From Octopus sinensis (taxonomy: Eukaryota): a stretch of 64,000 nt of DNA. Under the pieces are notes generated by a model. That model worked only from the letters and a program-made list of their open reading frames with translations. It had not been told where the DNA came from and ran no database searches. This document shows, one piece after another, positions 1-11,176 of this stretch. Position 1 is the stretch's first letter. Every line of letters begins with the position of its first letter. Where the stretch lies: contig NW_021836179.1 in NCBI RefSeq assembly GCF_006345805.1, positions 62,001 to 126,000 on the forward strand, in the 5' to 3' direction. The translations under genes were made by a program, and so were the position numbers.

Positions 1-590
1 CTACCATTGATCTTTTTATCCACAAAGTTTTCAGTAAGGAAAAAAAATTGGATTTTTTTGCGTGGAATCAAGTACCCTGACCTCCTAATATGCTGCAAAT
101 CCCTTATTGTAGTTAACAAAAAATTGGGGGCCTTCCCCACTTTTTCATGCAGGTGAAAAGATTAGTGGGGTTATGGGCAATATTTCTGAGGCTTCCACCT
201 CACTCCACCCCGTTTTACGGACCCCAAAAAGAGTTTTGTAGCATATTAGGTCACAGGAATTCATTCAAGAAAAAAAACCCCACAAAAATATCCAATGATT
301 CCGAAATGGGAAGGGGTGACCCTATCCTCTTGTTTTCCAAACCAATATAAGGGACGTGAAGCATCTTATTAGGTCAGGGTACTTGATTCCACCCCAAAAA
401 TCCAAGTTTTGTCTTTTTTCTCTTAGTGAAAATCATGCGGTTGTTAATATTGGAATTGAATGGAAAAAGCAGGCTCTTCATCCAGCTCCCCTCTCTACCT
501 CCCCTTATTCTCCTCACCATTCCCATCACAGCCTGCATCACCTCCTGCACCCCACCCGACTCTCACGTTGTCCAGCTTCTATTTTATAAT
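1..590. mobile_element. Element 'A', partial: MITE/foldback-like sequence with long imperfect inverted repeats
   Basis: gtggaatcaagtaccctgacct..aatatgctgcaaatcccttatt (62-108) is inverted at ~343-391; full copy at 12951-13640. Confidence 0.5.
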
Positions 591-2250
591 TTTATGCATG
601 CCTGAAACATTAATAGAAGAAAACACTTTCATTTCATTTCTTGCTATGGGTCGGGGGAGGAGGTGGGGTTTTTGTTTTTGTTTTGTATATTTTGAAAAAT
701 TAGAATTTACATTTTTTTTTTGTTTTTTTCAGAATCGTAATCTCCTTATTTTTCTACAAATTTCACCAGAAAAATTTTGTTCTTAGTAGAAAATTTAAGA
801 AATTGCGTTGGAGATTAAAAAATTTTTAATGCAGATTGTTTTTGCAGATTTGGAATCTCCGCACTCGATATCGTGGGTTCCTGTAAAAACAAAACCCAAA
901 AAACATCAGAAAGAGGGTGCGGTCCATTGTCTTTCCCCACGCCGTAAACGGAACTCTTCCCCCTTTATTTCAGGGAAAAGTAAAAGAACGAAGGAAAGGG
1001 ATATGGGACTGAAATTTTGATGTTGGGATTGTTGAAAGAATCTTTTCCAGAATCGAAATTTCCATGGCCTAAAAACATGGGATTCCGGAGAAAAGAAAAA
1101 CAAAAAGGAATTTGAAAACCGGGAAGGGCTCCGCGTCGATCTTTGCTATAGTTGAGGGTCGATGGTGGAAAAAGTTTGGCGACCCCTGATAAAGACGTAG
1201 GGAACAGCACCTGCTGTGTTTCTAATCATATGTCCGTTTAATGAACAAACATACGATTATATGCATTCTAATGCTAAGATGTAATTATGTCAGAAATATT
1301 TGGCTGCTATTTTTAGCAGGTTCAGTGACCATGCGCAGACACTCTTGTTGAGACGTAATTACTATTTAGCTGGATGCGGTTTTTATCATTTACCTTGGCT
1401 GAGATGCAATTAAAGGTGTGAATTAATATAATTTTAACGTCTCTTCGTGTTATATTGGGGACTTTTAATATATGTCACCGGTGTCGTTCAACCGCGGGAA
1501 TAATTATCAACAGCTTCTACACGTGCTTCTAATTAAGACGAATCTAATTATATCAGATGTAGTAATACCTCGTGTTCAGGTGAACGTTGATCTCTATGAA
1601 TAACACGAAGCGACTTACATGATTTGTGATTTAATATTTCTCTTGATCACAGCTTTAGTTGGTTGATCCCTATTTTACAGGAAAGGGGGCAAAAAACTTT
1701 GAATCGAGGAACTTTGCTCGCCCTTCTTCATATTTCATTTGTACCTTAGATCGAAAGCACGAATTGTTTGTATGCCCCTTTGTAGCAAATATTGTGCGCA
1801 TTTCTACTATCCATGGTGGGAAAAACAAACTGGATTTCAAGAAAGGATCCTGGTCAGATCAACAAGTATTCTAATGGTAAGTGAAAAAATATATCTACAT
1901 AGCATTTGTTGTACACTTGTTAACGGAGGTGTGTGATATCTAAGACAAGAAACAGAACCATAGGAGGTTAGTCTATATCTACAGACATTTGTCAGCTTTT
2001 TAAGTATTCCTAAAGACAAGCAGGAAGACCTCCCTCACAACGGCTTTCCTTTTGGTAAACGATATTTCCCCTTTTGACACCCGATTTGTGTAATTTTCTT
2101 TTGAGTCCTTTAATCGTTTAATAATGTATATTTTGCCAGTAAATTTAGGGCATAACTACAGAAATGCGGGATCCTTTCGGTTTGGGGAGTTACCAAAATT
2201 GAAATTGCAAAAATGTTTATATCATTGTTCTGTGACCCTAACCGTATCTT

Positions 2251-2506
2251 GGTACTAGTCTTGGAGACTGGGCCCGGTGCGCGCAGATGCGCATCCGCGC
2301 TTGCGAGTCGTAGGTTGTCGATTCTACAGCGACTTGCGTATGCAAATGAGCTGATTGGCGCAACACTGCAAAAACTAACTTAATAGCGAGCCCCTACTGG
2401 AGCTTAGGAAATATTTTCCAACGATATACGGTGTATATTATTTTAAAGACAAATGCTTTTTTTTTTTCGTTAGAAAACAATTAGAAGCATTGAAAAACAT
2501 TTTTTT
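2251..2506. mobile_element. One end of a Mutator-like MITE (GGTACTAG... TIR)
   Basis: Homologous to the termini of the complete element at 55934-56575 (gactgg.cccggtgcgcgc, gtcgta...gtcgat.ctaca.cgac); interrupts block C; other end absent. Confidence 0.6.
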
Positions 2507-2974
2507 GGCGATCTCTCATCTCTAGTAGACCTTTTCGTCGATTTCTGTAAAAAAATCTTTTTTTTTACACATGGGCTTGCGGGAACTTTTGAAGTAATAT
2601 ACATGCATATACACACACATACATACACACACACATACATGCATATACACATACACCGAATAAAAAATTTCAGTTATCTCTTTCTTTCACACATTACTCT
2701 GTCTCTTCACACACACTAACAGAAGCACTTCACTTACACAACATAATGTCTGTCTCCCACACCCCATCAAACACATACACACACACACACACACATGTAC
2801 ATCAATGCTTCCCATGCACGGTAACTTCAAAAGAACTTCCCTCGTCATACAATCGCTTTCTCTTAGTCTCTTTCGCTCTCATTACTTCAAAAGTTCCCGC
2901 AAGCCCATATGTAAAAGAAAAAAAAAAATTTTACGGAAATCGACGGAAAGGTCTACTAGAGACGAAAGATCGCC
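2507..2974. mobile_element. MITE with GGCGATCT... terminal inverted repeats and CA/TA microsatellite core
   Basis: ggcgatctctcatctctagtagaccttttcgtcgatttc at the left versus gaaatcgacggaaaggtctactagagacgaaagatcgcc at the right; same right junction as 43873-44303. Confidence 0.75.
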
Positions 2975-3230
2975 ATTTCCCCTTTTGACACCCGATTTGT
3001 GTAATTTTTTCTTGAGTCCTTTAATCGTTTAATAATGTATATTTTGTCAGTAAATTTAGGGCATAACTACAGAAATGCGGGATCCTTTCGGTTTGGGGAG
3101 TTACCAAAATTGAAATTGCAAAAATGTTTATATCATTGTTCTGTGACCCTAACCACATCTTTTCAGGGAGTTCTCAAAAATGAAGCCCCCAAAAATCAAA
3201 ATATTATTCCCCGCCTAACCTGAACTCATC

Positions 3231-3267
<37 letters not shown>

Positions 3268-3435
3268 TAGATAGATAGAGATATGTATATATGTGCGTGC
3301 ATGAGTAATGTTACACAATGTTAAAGAGTAGTTGTAGTTTACAAATTCTTACATTTCACCCAATGTTATATGATGTCATTTGTTAATTAATAAAGAAATA
3401 TTGTAACATTTCTCTTTTGATCTCTCCTCTCTATC

Positions 3436-3460
3436 TAATTCTGTTTCTTTATTATTTCAG
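3436..3460 (+). promoter_or_regulatory. Putative splice acceptor of the ZNF coding exon
   Basis: ctaat branch-like motif, pyrimidine tract and ttatttcAG; conserved at 9718, 20608, 31424, and on - at ~43393 and ~52379. Confidence 0.6.
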
Positions 3461-3841
3461 ATTTACGGATGACAATGGCATCAAAGAAATTTTCTTTTAT
3501 AATGAATACATCTTCAACATTTTTCATCTTTTAAAGTCTTGAGGAAAAGTTTACACAGAACGCATCTAAGCCTATTTCTATAAATCTTTGGTAGAAATTC
3601 TATGAAATGTTTGTTCAGAACTGAGATTAATAGCAACATTTTTCTATTTCATTAGCTGATGCTTTGCATTCTCGTTACTCTTTGATGACTTTCTAAATTT
3701 ATAGCATCTTTAGATATCAGTGAAGTTTGCAGTGGAAATATTTGTAAGGAATAAACTATAAAAAGAAGGATAAAGATAGGAGTAAAAGTTTAACGTGGTG
3801 AGAAAGACCAAGGATTGGGTCTATTTTGATTCCTCAAAGAA

Positions 3842-5206
3842 ATGCTGACAAATATGCAAAAATCATTGTATCATTATGATATCTGTGGTAAATCAACCAC
3901 TAGAAATGATTTCTTAGATAGACACAAGCGTACTCACACAGGAGAAAAACCGTTCCAGTGTGATATCTGTGGTAAATCATTCTCTCAAAATTGTCATTTA
4001 ACTTCTCACAAACGTGTTCATACAGGGGAGAAACCATATCACTGTGATATCTGTGGTAAATCATACACTCAAAGCTATGACTTAACTAAACACAAATGTA
4101 TTCATTCCAGAGAGAAGCCATTTCGCTGTGATATTTGTGGTAAATCCTTCACACAAAGCAATAACTTAACTAATCACAAACGTGTTCATACAGGAGAGAA
4201 GCCATTTCACTGTGATATTTGTGGTAAATCCTTCACTCAAAGTGGTGGCTTAACTAATCACAAACGTGTTCATACAGGAGAAAAACCATTTCAGTGTGAT
4301 ATCTGTGGTAAATCATTCTCTCAAAATTGTGTGTTAACTACTCACAAGCGTCTTCACACAGGAGAGAAACCATACCATTGTGATATTTGTGGTAAATCAT
4401 TCTCTAAAAATTGTCATTTAACTCCTCACAAACGTATTCATACAGGAGAGAAACCATATCACTGTGATGTCTGTGGTAAATCATTCTCTCACAGAAGTGC
4501 CTTAATTATACACAAACGTGTTCATACAGGAGAGAAGCCATTTTGCTGTGATATTTGTGGTAAATCCTTCACTCAGAGCAATGACTTAACTAAACACAAA
4601 CGTGTTCATACAGGAGAGAAGCCATCTCGCTGTGATATTTGTGGTACATCATTCTCTCACAGAAGTGCCTTAATTATACACAAACGTGTTCATACAGGAG
4701 AGAAGCCATTTCGCTGTGATATTTGTGGTAAATCCTTCACTCAAAGCGGTGGCTTAACTAATCACAAACGTGTTCATACCGGGGAGAAACCATATCACTG
4801 TGATATCTGTGGTAAATCATTCTCTAAAAACAGTAGCCTAACTACACACAAACGCATTCACACAGGGGAAAAACCATTTCACTGTGATGTCTGTGGGAAA
4901 TCATTCTCTGTAAGCAGTAGTTTAATTGGACACAAACGAATTCATACGGGAGAAAAGCCTTATCACTGTGATATCTGTGATAAATCATTCTCTCGAAGCA
5001 ATCACTTAGCTAAACACATATGTATTCATACAGGAGTGAAACCATATCAGTGTGATGTCTGTGGGAAAACATTCTCTGATAGAAGTGCCTTAACTAGACA
5101 CAGACGTATTCATACAGGAGAGAAACCATTTCACTGTGATATCTGTGGTAAATCATTCTCTCGAAATTATCGATTAACTTTTCACAAACGTATTCATACA
5201 GGATAG
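3842..5206 (+). CDS. C2H2 zinc-finger protein, 454 aa, 16 fingers (finger 1 has Cys->Tyr)
   Basis: CxxC-x12-HxxxH repeats with TGEKP linkers fill the ORF; ends at TAG replacing the E codon of a linker. Confidence 0.93.
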   Translation: MLTNMQKSLYHYDICGKSTTRNDFLDRHKRTHTGEKPFQCDICGKSFSQNCHLTSHKRVHTGEKPYHCDICGKSYTQSYDLTKHKCIHSREKPFRCDICGKSFTQSNNLTNHKRVHTGEKPFHCDICGKSFTQSGGLTNHKRVHTGEKPFQCDICGKSFSQNCVLTTHKRLHTGEKPYHCDICGKSFSKNCHLTPHKRIHTGEKPYHCDVCGKSFSHRSALIIHKRVHTGEKPFCCDICGKSFTQSNDLTKHKRVHTGEKPSRCDICGTSFSHRSALIIHKRVHTGEKPFRCDICGKSFTQSGGLTNHKRVHTGEKPYHCDICGKSFSKNSSLTTHKRIHTGEKPFHCDVCGKSFSVSSSLIGHKRIHTGEKPYHCDICDKSFSRSNHLAKHICIHTGVKPYQCDVCGKTFSDRSALTRHRRIHTGEKPFHCDICGKSFSRNYRLTFHKRIHTG

Positions 5207-6344
5207 AGGCCTTTTCGCTGTGATTTCTGTGGTAAATCATTCTCTAGGAAACGTTACTTAACTGGACATGTATCTATCCATACAAGAATTTGACTGTATT
5301 ATTTATCAAATGTCTTTGCAGCACACAGCAACAGACATTTTAAAACCCTTTCTCCTTGTGGGCATTGTCAGTAACTGATGAACCCTTGGTAACATTCATA
5401 ATCATCAGGGTTCCTTTTTGAGGTATTGTTAATGATGCCAACCCTTTTTGTAAGCACTTACCTGGGATACACATAGTTATGCTGGGCACAGGTATTTGTT
5501 AGAATTGTGTGTAGAAAATAATTTGTATAACCATAAATATTGCCACTTTAGGAAGCACTAGATTAGACAATTGTGAGGAGTGGAAACAGTGATGTGCAGA
5601 TATATATAGTTGTGTGTGTAGCAGAATGTAGCAGACACGAGAGGCCCATTGATATTAAAGCTGAAATCTAAAAGAGGAGAAACTTGTGAGGCAGTGCAGC
5701 ATCATGAGAGCAGATGGTGGAGAAATCCAGGTGAACATCTTTTAGAGTAACTGGGTTTTTAGGAAGACACAATTTCTTGCATACTGAAAATATATCTTCC
5801 ATGAAGAAGATTGTGAAATCGTGTGGAGGTGACGTGGTTAAATAAATATGTCTTCAACACTGAAACTTGCTGACTTGGTTTTTATATGTACCTAAATATG
5901 TATGTTTGATTGCTTCTCGTTTATTAATTGCATCCAAGGTGTTTGTTGATGCTGGGCTTTGATCTTTGTTTGCTTGTTTATTTCAGCTTGCTTCTTATTC
6001 CTCTGTGTCAATTTGCTTCTGATGAAGCAATTAGATGAACAAAGCTGCTCTTCTTTGTGTTTCTCTAGGCTGTGGGTTCGTTTAGTATCTCAGATAAAAA
6101 GTTGAATACGTCATTAGAGCACATCCAACCCTAAGCTTAATAAATCTTTCTGGTTTTGTGTCGAGATATTGAAAAGCTGAGGGCCCTGGAAACCCTAAAC
6201 CGTTGCAGTATTGCATTCTTACCCAAGATGGAAAGTCCAAGGTGTTTGGTATGATGTAGTGGCGTTCAGTCCAGGTGTTACTATAGGTTTCATTATCAAA
6301 TTTAGGGGTAGACCTTAAAAACTGTATATATCTATATACAGCGG

Positions 6345-6484
6345 GCTTCTTACAGTTTCCGTCATCCAAATCCACAGACAAGGCTTCGGCTGGCCCGAGG
6401 CTATAGTAGAAGCTTACCCAAGGTGCCAAGCAGTGGAACTGAACCGGGGAACCATGTGATTGATAAGCAAGCTACTTACCACAC
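6345..6484 (-). mobile_element. 5' part of tRNA-derived SINE (also ~12230-12368, ~23720-23860; + at ~49528-49675)
   Basis: Reverse complement of gtgtggtaagtagcttgct...ttgggcaag...ctatagcc...gtggatttgg...gacggaaact, matching full copies at 39051 and 57711. Confidence 0.8.
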
Positions 6485-6554
6485 AATTTTTTTATTAAAT
6501 GCTTCAAATTGTATAGATAACAATTATATAGGAATTTGTTGGGGTAAAACACAA

Positions 6555-7030
6555 CCTGGAGTAGGGTTGGGCAATTCACAGATTTTGTGAAAACGTTTGA
6601 GGAAATAAAGATGTGTGAATTAGCCGAAACTCCTGTCCCCTCATCCTGAAAATGTTTCTCACAAGTGGTAGAAATAGACGAGATGGTCTTGTCATCTGTG
6701 CCTGGGTTAGAGGTAAGGTGCCTCATTTGGGATGCCACACTCTGCTACTCCTTTGCTCCTTCTCACATCCTGGATGCTGCAGTTAATGGCAGGGTCACTG
6801 CTTCCGTAGCCGAATGGAAGAAAACCCTGAGGTATCGGGACCTGACAGTGAACTATCTCTTCCACCTTGTGGTGTTTGAGACATTCAGAGGGACTAGGCC
6901 ATTATCCATGAAGTTCTTGTCAACATTGGCAGGCGATGCCCTTGTGGGTGCATGGTTTTTCTTAACACCTTAGCCTCGCTGTCACCTGTAGTAATTCTGT
7001 GAGGATGCTGGATTGCTTCAGTAGGTTCTA
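6555..7030 (+). mobile_element. Degenerate restriction-like endonuclease (RLE) 3' end of a CRE-clade non-LTR retrotransposon
   Basis: Across frameshifts: RRDGLVICAWVRGK/CLIWDAT...SFAPSHI...AEWKKTLRYRDL..NYLFHLVVFETF...LSLAVTCSN, resembling the KRPDG..PW..G..LxWDAT...ERKxxKY...VETxG...LSxAVQRGN motif chain of CRE-type RLE. Confidence 0.7.
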
Positions 7031-9319
7031 TCTAACCTTGTGGCGTGCAACCAGCTGCTGTGATAAAATAAATACCTCCAAATATGCTGCAAATCCCTTA
7101 TTTTGGTTAACAAAAATCTGGGTAAGTTCCCCCCTTTTTTTTATGCAGGTGAAAAGATCAGAGAGGGTTGGGTGAGATTTCTGAGGCTTCCACCTCACTC
7201 CACCCCGTTTTACGGACCCCAAAAAGAGTTTTGTAGCATATTAGGTCACAGGAATTCATTCAAGAAAAAAAAACCCACAAAAATATCCAATGATTCCGAA
7301 ATGGGAAGGGGTGACCCTATCCTCTTGTTTTCCAAACCAATATAAGGGACGTGAAGCATCTTATTAGGTCAGGGTACTTGATTCCACCCCAAAAATCCAA
7401 GTTTTGTCTTTTTTCTCTTAGTGAAAATCATGCGGTTGTTAATATTGGAATTGAATGGGAAAAGCAGGCTCTTCATCCAGCTCCCCTCTCTACCTCCCCT
7501 TATTCTCCTCACCATTCCTATCACAGCCTGCATCACCTCCTGCACCCCACCCGACTCTCACGTTGTCCAGCTTCTATTTTATAATTTTATGCATGCCTGA
7601 AACATTAATAGAAGAAAACACTTTCATTTCATTTCTTATTATGGGTCAGGGGAGGAGGTGGGGTTTTTGTTTTTGTTTTGTATATTTTGAAAAATTAGAA
7701 TTTACAGTTTTTTTTTGTTTTTTTCAGAATCGTAATCTCCTTATTTTTCTACAAATTTCACCAGAAAAATTTTGTTTTCGGTTGAAAATTTAAGAAATTT
7801 CTTTGGGAGATTAAAAATTTTTTAATGCAGATTTGGAATCAACGAACTCGATATCGTGGGTTCCTGTAAAAACAAAACCCAAAAAACATCGGAAAGAGGG
7901 TGCGGTCCATTGTCTTTCCCCACGCCGTAAACGGAACCCTTCCCCCTTTATTTCAGGGAAAAGTAAAAAAACGAAGGAAAGGGATATGGGACTGAAATTT
8001 TGATGTTGGGATTGTTGAAAGAATCTTTTCCAGAATCGAAATTTCCATGGCCTAAAAACATGGGATTCCGGAGAGAAAAAAAAACAAAAAGGAATTTGAA
8101 AGCCGGGAAGGGCTCCGTTTCGATCTTCGCTATAGTTGAGGGTCGATGGTGGAAAAAGTTTGGCGACCCCTGATAAAGGCGTAGGGAACAGCACCTGCTG
8201 TGTTTCTAATCATATGTCCGTTTAATGAACAAACATACGATTATATGCATTCTAATGCTAAGATGTAATGATGTCAGAAATATTTGGCTGCTATTTTTAG
8301 CAGGTTCAGTGACCATGCGCAGACACTCTTGTTGAGACGTAATTACTATTTAGCTGGATGCGGTTTTTATCATTTACCTTGGCTGAGATGCAATTAAAGG
8401 TGTGAATTAATATAATTTTAACGTCTCTTCGTGTTATATTGGGGACTTTTAATATATGACACCGGTGTCGTTCAACCGCGGGAATAATTATCAACAGCTT
8501 CTACACGTGCTTCTAATTAAGACGAATCTAATTAGATCAGATGTAGTAATACCTCGTGTTCAGGTGAACGTTGATCTCTATGAATAACACGAAGCGACTT
8601 ACATGATTTGTGATTTAATATTTCTCTTGATCACAGCTTTAGTTGGTTGATCCCTATTTTACAGGAAAGGGGGCAAAAAGCTTTGAATCGAGGAACTTTG
8701 CTCGCCCTTCTTCATATTTCATTTGGACCTTAGATCGAAAGCACGAATTGTTTGTATGCCCCTTTGTAGCAAATATTGTGCGCATTTCTACTATCCATGG
8801 TGGGAAAAACAAAGTGGATTTCAAGAAAGGATCCTGGTCAGATCAACAAGTATTCTAATGGTAAGTGAAAAAATATATCTACATAGCATTTGTTGCACAC
8901 TTGTTAACGGAGGTGTGTGATATCTAAGACAAGAAACAGAACCATAGGAGGCTAGTCTATATCTACAGGCATTTGTCAGCTTTTTAAGTATTCCTGAAGA
9001 CAAGCAGGAAGACCTCCCTCACAACGGCTTTCCTTTTGGTAAACGATATTTCCCCTTTTGACACCCGATTTGTGTAATTTTCTTTTGAGTCCTTTATTCG
9101 TTTAATAATGTATATTTTGTGAGTAAATTTAGGGCATAACTACAGAAATGCGGGATCCTTTCGGTTTGGGGAGTTACCAAAATTGAAATTGCAAAACTGT
9201 TTATATCATTGTTCTGTGACCCTAACCACATCTTTTCAGGGAGTTCTCAAAAATGAAGCCCCCAAAAATCAAAATAATATTCTCCGCCTAAGCTGAACTC
9301 ATCATATATATATATATAT

Positions 9320-9515
9320 AGGTATTTTATAAAAAATTTATAAAAATAGGGTAAAGTAAAATAATTTACTTTACAACACACCGAGCTTTTTAGAAATAGC
9401 AGCCAAAAATTTGGCTATTTCTTCAACTGCAAGAAAATGTCTCCCAGACAATGCATATCACACCGAGCTTTTTAGAAATTAATTTATTCTACCCCCTTTT
9501 TTTATTTTTATTGAC
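9320..9515. mobile_element. MITE fragment inside (TA)n; shared with U6 (~52585-52780)
   Basis: tagggtaaagtaaaataatttactttac; cacaccgagctttttagaaat occurs twice; related to the cacacaccgaa.ttagaaatagcag MITEs at 18045 and 20099. Confidence 0.55.
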
Positions 9516-10099
9516 AATATATATATACGTAGATAGAGATATGTATATATGTGCATGCATGAGTAATGTTACACAATGTTAAAGAGTAGTTGTAGTTTAC
9601 AAATTTTTACATTTCACCCAATGTTATATGATGTCATTTGTTAATTAATAAAGAAATATTGTAACATTTCTCTTTTGATCTCTCCTCTCTATCTAATTCT
9701 GTTTCTTTATTATTTCAGATTTACGGATGACAATGGCATCAAAGAAATTTTCTTTTATAATGAATACATCTTCAACATTTTTCATCTTTTAAAGTCTTGA
9801 GGAAAAGTTTACACAGAACGCATTGAAGCCTATTTCTATAAATCTTAGGTAGAAATTCAATGAAATGTTTGCTCTGAACTGAGATTAATAGCAACATTTT
9901 TCTATTTCATTAGCTGATGCTTTGCATTCTCGTTACTCTTTGATGACTTTCTAAATTTATAGCATCTTTAGATATCAGTGAAGTTTGCAGTGGAAATATT
10001 TGTAAGGAATAAACTATAAAAAGAAGGATAAAGATAGGAGTAAAAGTTTAATGTGGTGAGAAAGGCCAAGGATTGGGTCTATTTTGATTCCTCAAAGAA

Positions 10100-11176
10100 A
10101 TGCTGAAAAATATGCGAAAATCATTGTATCGTTGTGATATCTGTGGTAAATCAACCACTAGAAATGATTTCTTAGATAGACACAAGCGTACTCACACAGG
10201 AGAAAAACCGTTCCAGTGTGATATCTGTGGTAAATCATTCTCTCAAAATTGTCATTTAACTTCTCACAAACGTGTTCATACAGGGGAGAAACCATATCAC
10301 TGTGATATCTGTGGTAAATCATTCTCTAAAAACAGTAGCCTAACTGCACACAAACGCATTCACACAGGGGGAAAACCATTTCACTGTGATATCTGTGGTA
10401 AATCTTTCTCTGAAAGCAGTAAATTAGTTGGACACAAACGAAGTCATACAGGAGAAAAGCCATATCACTGTGATATTTGTGGTAAATCTTTCACTCAAAG
10501 CAATAACTTAACTAAACACAAACTTGTTCATACAGGAGAGAAGCCATTTCGCTGTGATATTTGTGGTAAATCTTTCACTCAAAGCAATAACTTAACTAAA
10601 CACAAACTTGTTCATACAGGAGAGAAGCCATTTCGCTGTGATATTTGTGGTAAATCTTTCACTCAAAGCAATAACTTAACTAAACACAACCTTGTTCATA
10701 CAGGAGAGAAGCCATTTCGCTGTGATATTTGTGGTAAATCCTTCACTCAAAGCAATAACTTAACTAATCACAAACGTGTTCATACAGGAGAGAAACCATT
10801 TCACTGTGATATCTGTGGTAAATCATTCTCTCAAAGCAATAGCTTAACTAGACACGTACGTATTCATACAGGTGAGAAACCATATGCCTTAATTAGTCAC
10901 AAACGTAATCACGCAAGAGATAAAACATTTCCGTGTGATATCTGTGGTAAATCATTCCCTACAAACAGTCATTTAACTAAACACGGACGTATTCACACAG
11001 GAGAGAAACCGTTCCATTGTGATATCTGTGGTAAATCATTCTCTCAAAATTGTCATTTAACTTCTCACAAACGTATTCATACAGGAGAGAGGCCTTTTCG
11101 CTGTGATTTCTGTGGTAAATCATTCTCTAGGAAACGTTACTTAACTGGACATGTATCTATCCATACAAGAATTTGA
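10100..11176 (+). CDS. C2H2 zinc-finger protein, 358 aa, 12 intact fingers plus one internally deleted finger
   Basis: ORF translation; KPY-ALISH fusion; terminal finger [24 protein letters not shown]. Confidence 0.92.
   Translation: MLKNMRKSLYRCDICGKSTTRNDFLDRHKRTHTGEKPFQCDICGKSFSQNCHLTSHKRVHTGEKPYHCDICGKSFSKNSSLTAHKRIHTGGKPFHCDICGKSFSESSKLVGHKRSHTGEKPYHCDICGKSFTQSNNLTKHKLVHTGEKPFRCDICGKSFTQSNNLTKHKLVHTGEKPFRCDICGKSFTQSNNLTKHNLVHTGEKPFRCDICGKSFTQSNNLTNHKRVHTGEKPFHCDICGKSFSQSNSLTRHVRIHTGEKPYALISHKRNHARDKTFPCDICGKSFPTNSHLTKHGRIHTGEKPFHCDICGKSFSQNCHLTSHKRIHTGERPFRCDFCGKSFSRKRYLTGHVSIHTRI

Larger units (their letters stand above)
1..7062 (+). repeat. ZNF cassette U1 (segmental duplication unit, starts before window)
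   Basis: Same module order and near-identical sequence to 7063-12950, 12951-24440 and the inverted copies; the same spurious ORFs recur in each unit. Confidence 0.9.

Noticed and set aside
147-2019. Short ORFs repeated in every unit (MKHLIRSG..., MVDPYFTG..., MDLRSKAR..., MYILSVNL...)
   Set aside because: Mostly alternative-start, overlapping, low-complexity frames with indels between copies; recurrence reflects recent duplication.
5841-5846. AATAAA as the ZNF polyadenylation signal
   Set aside because: Plausible, but uninformative in AT-rich DNA without transcript data.
6665-6973. Host gene conserved in each cassette
   Set aside because: Frameshifted retrotransposon endonuclease relic.
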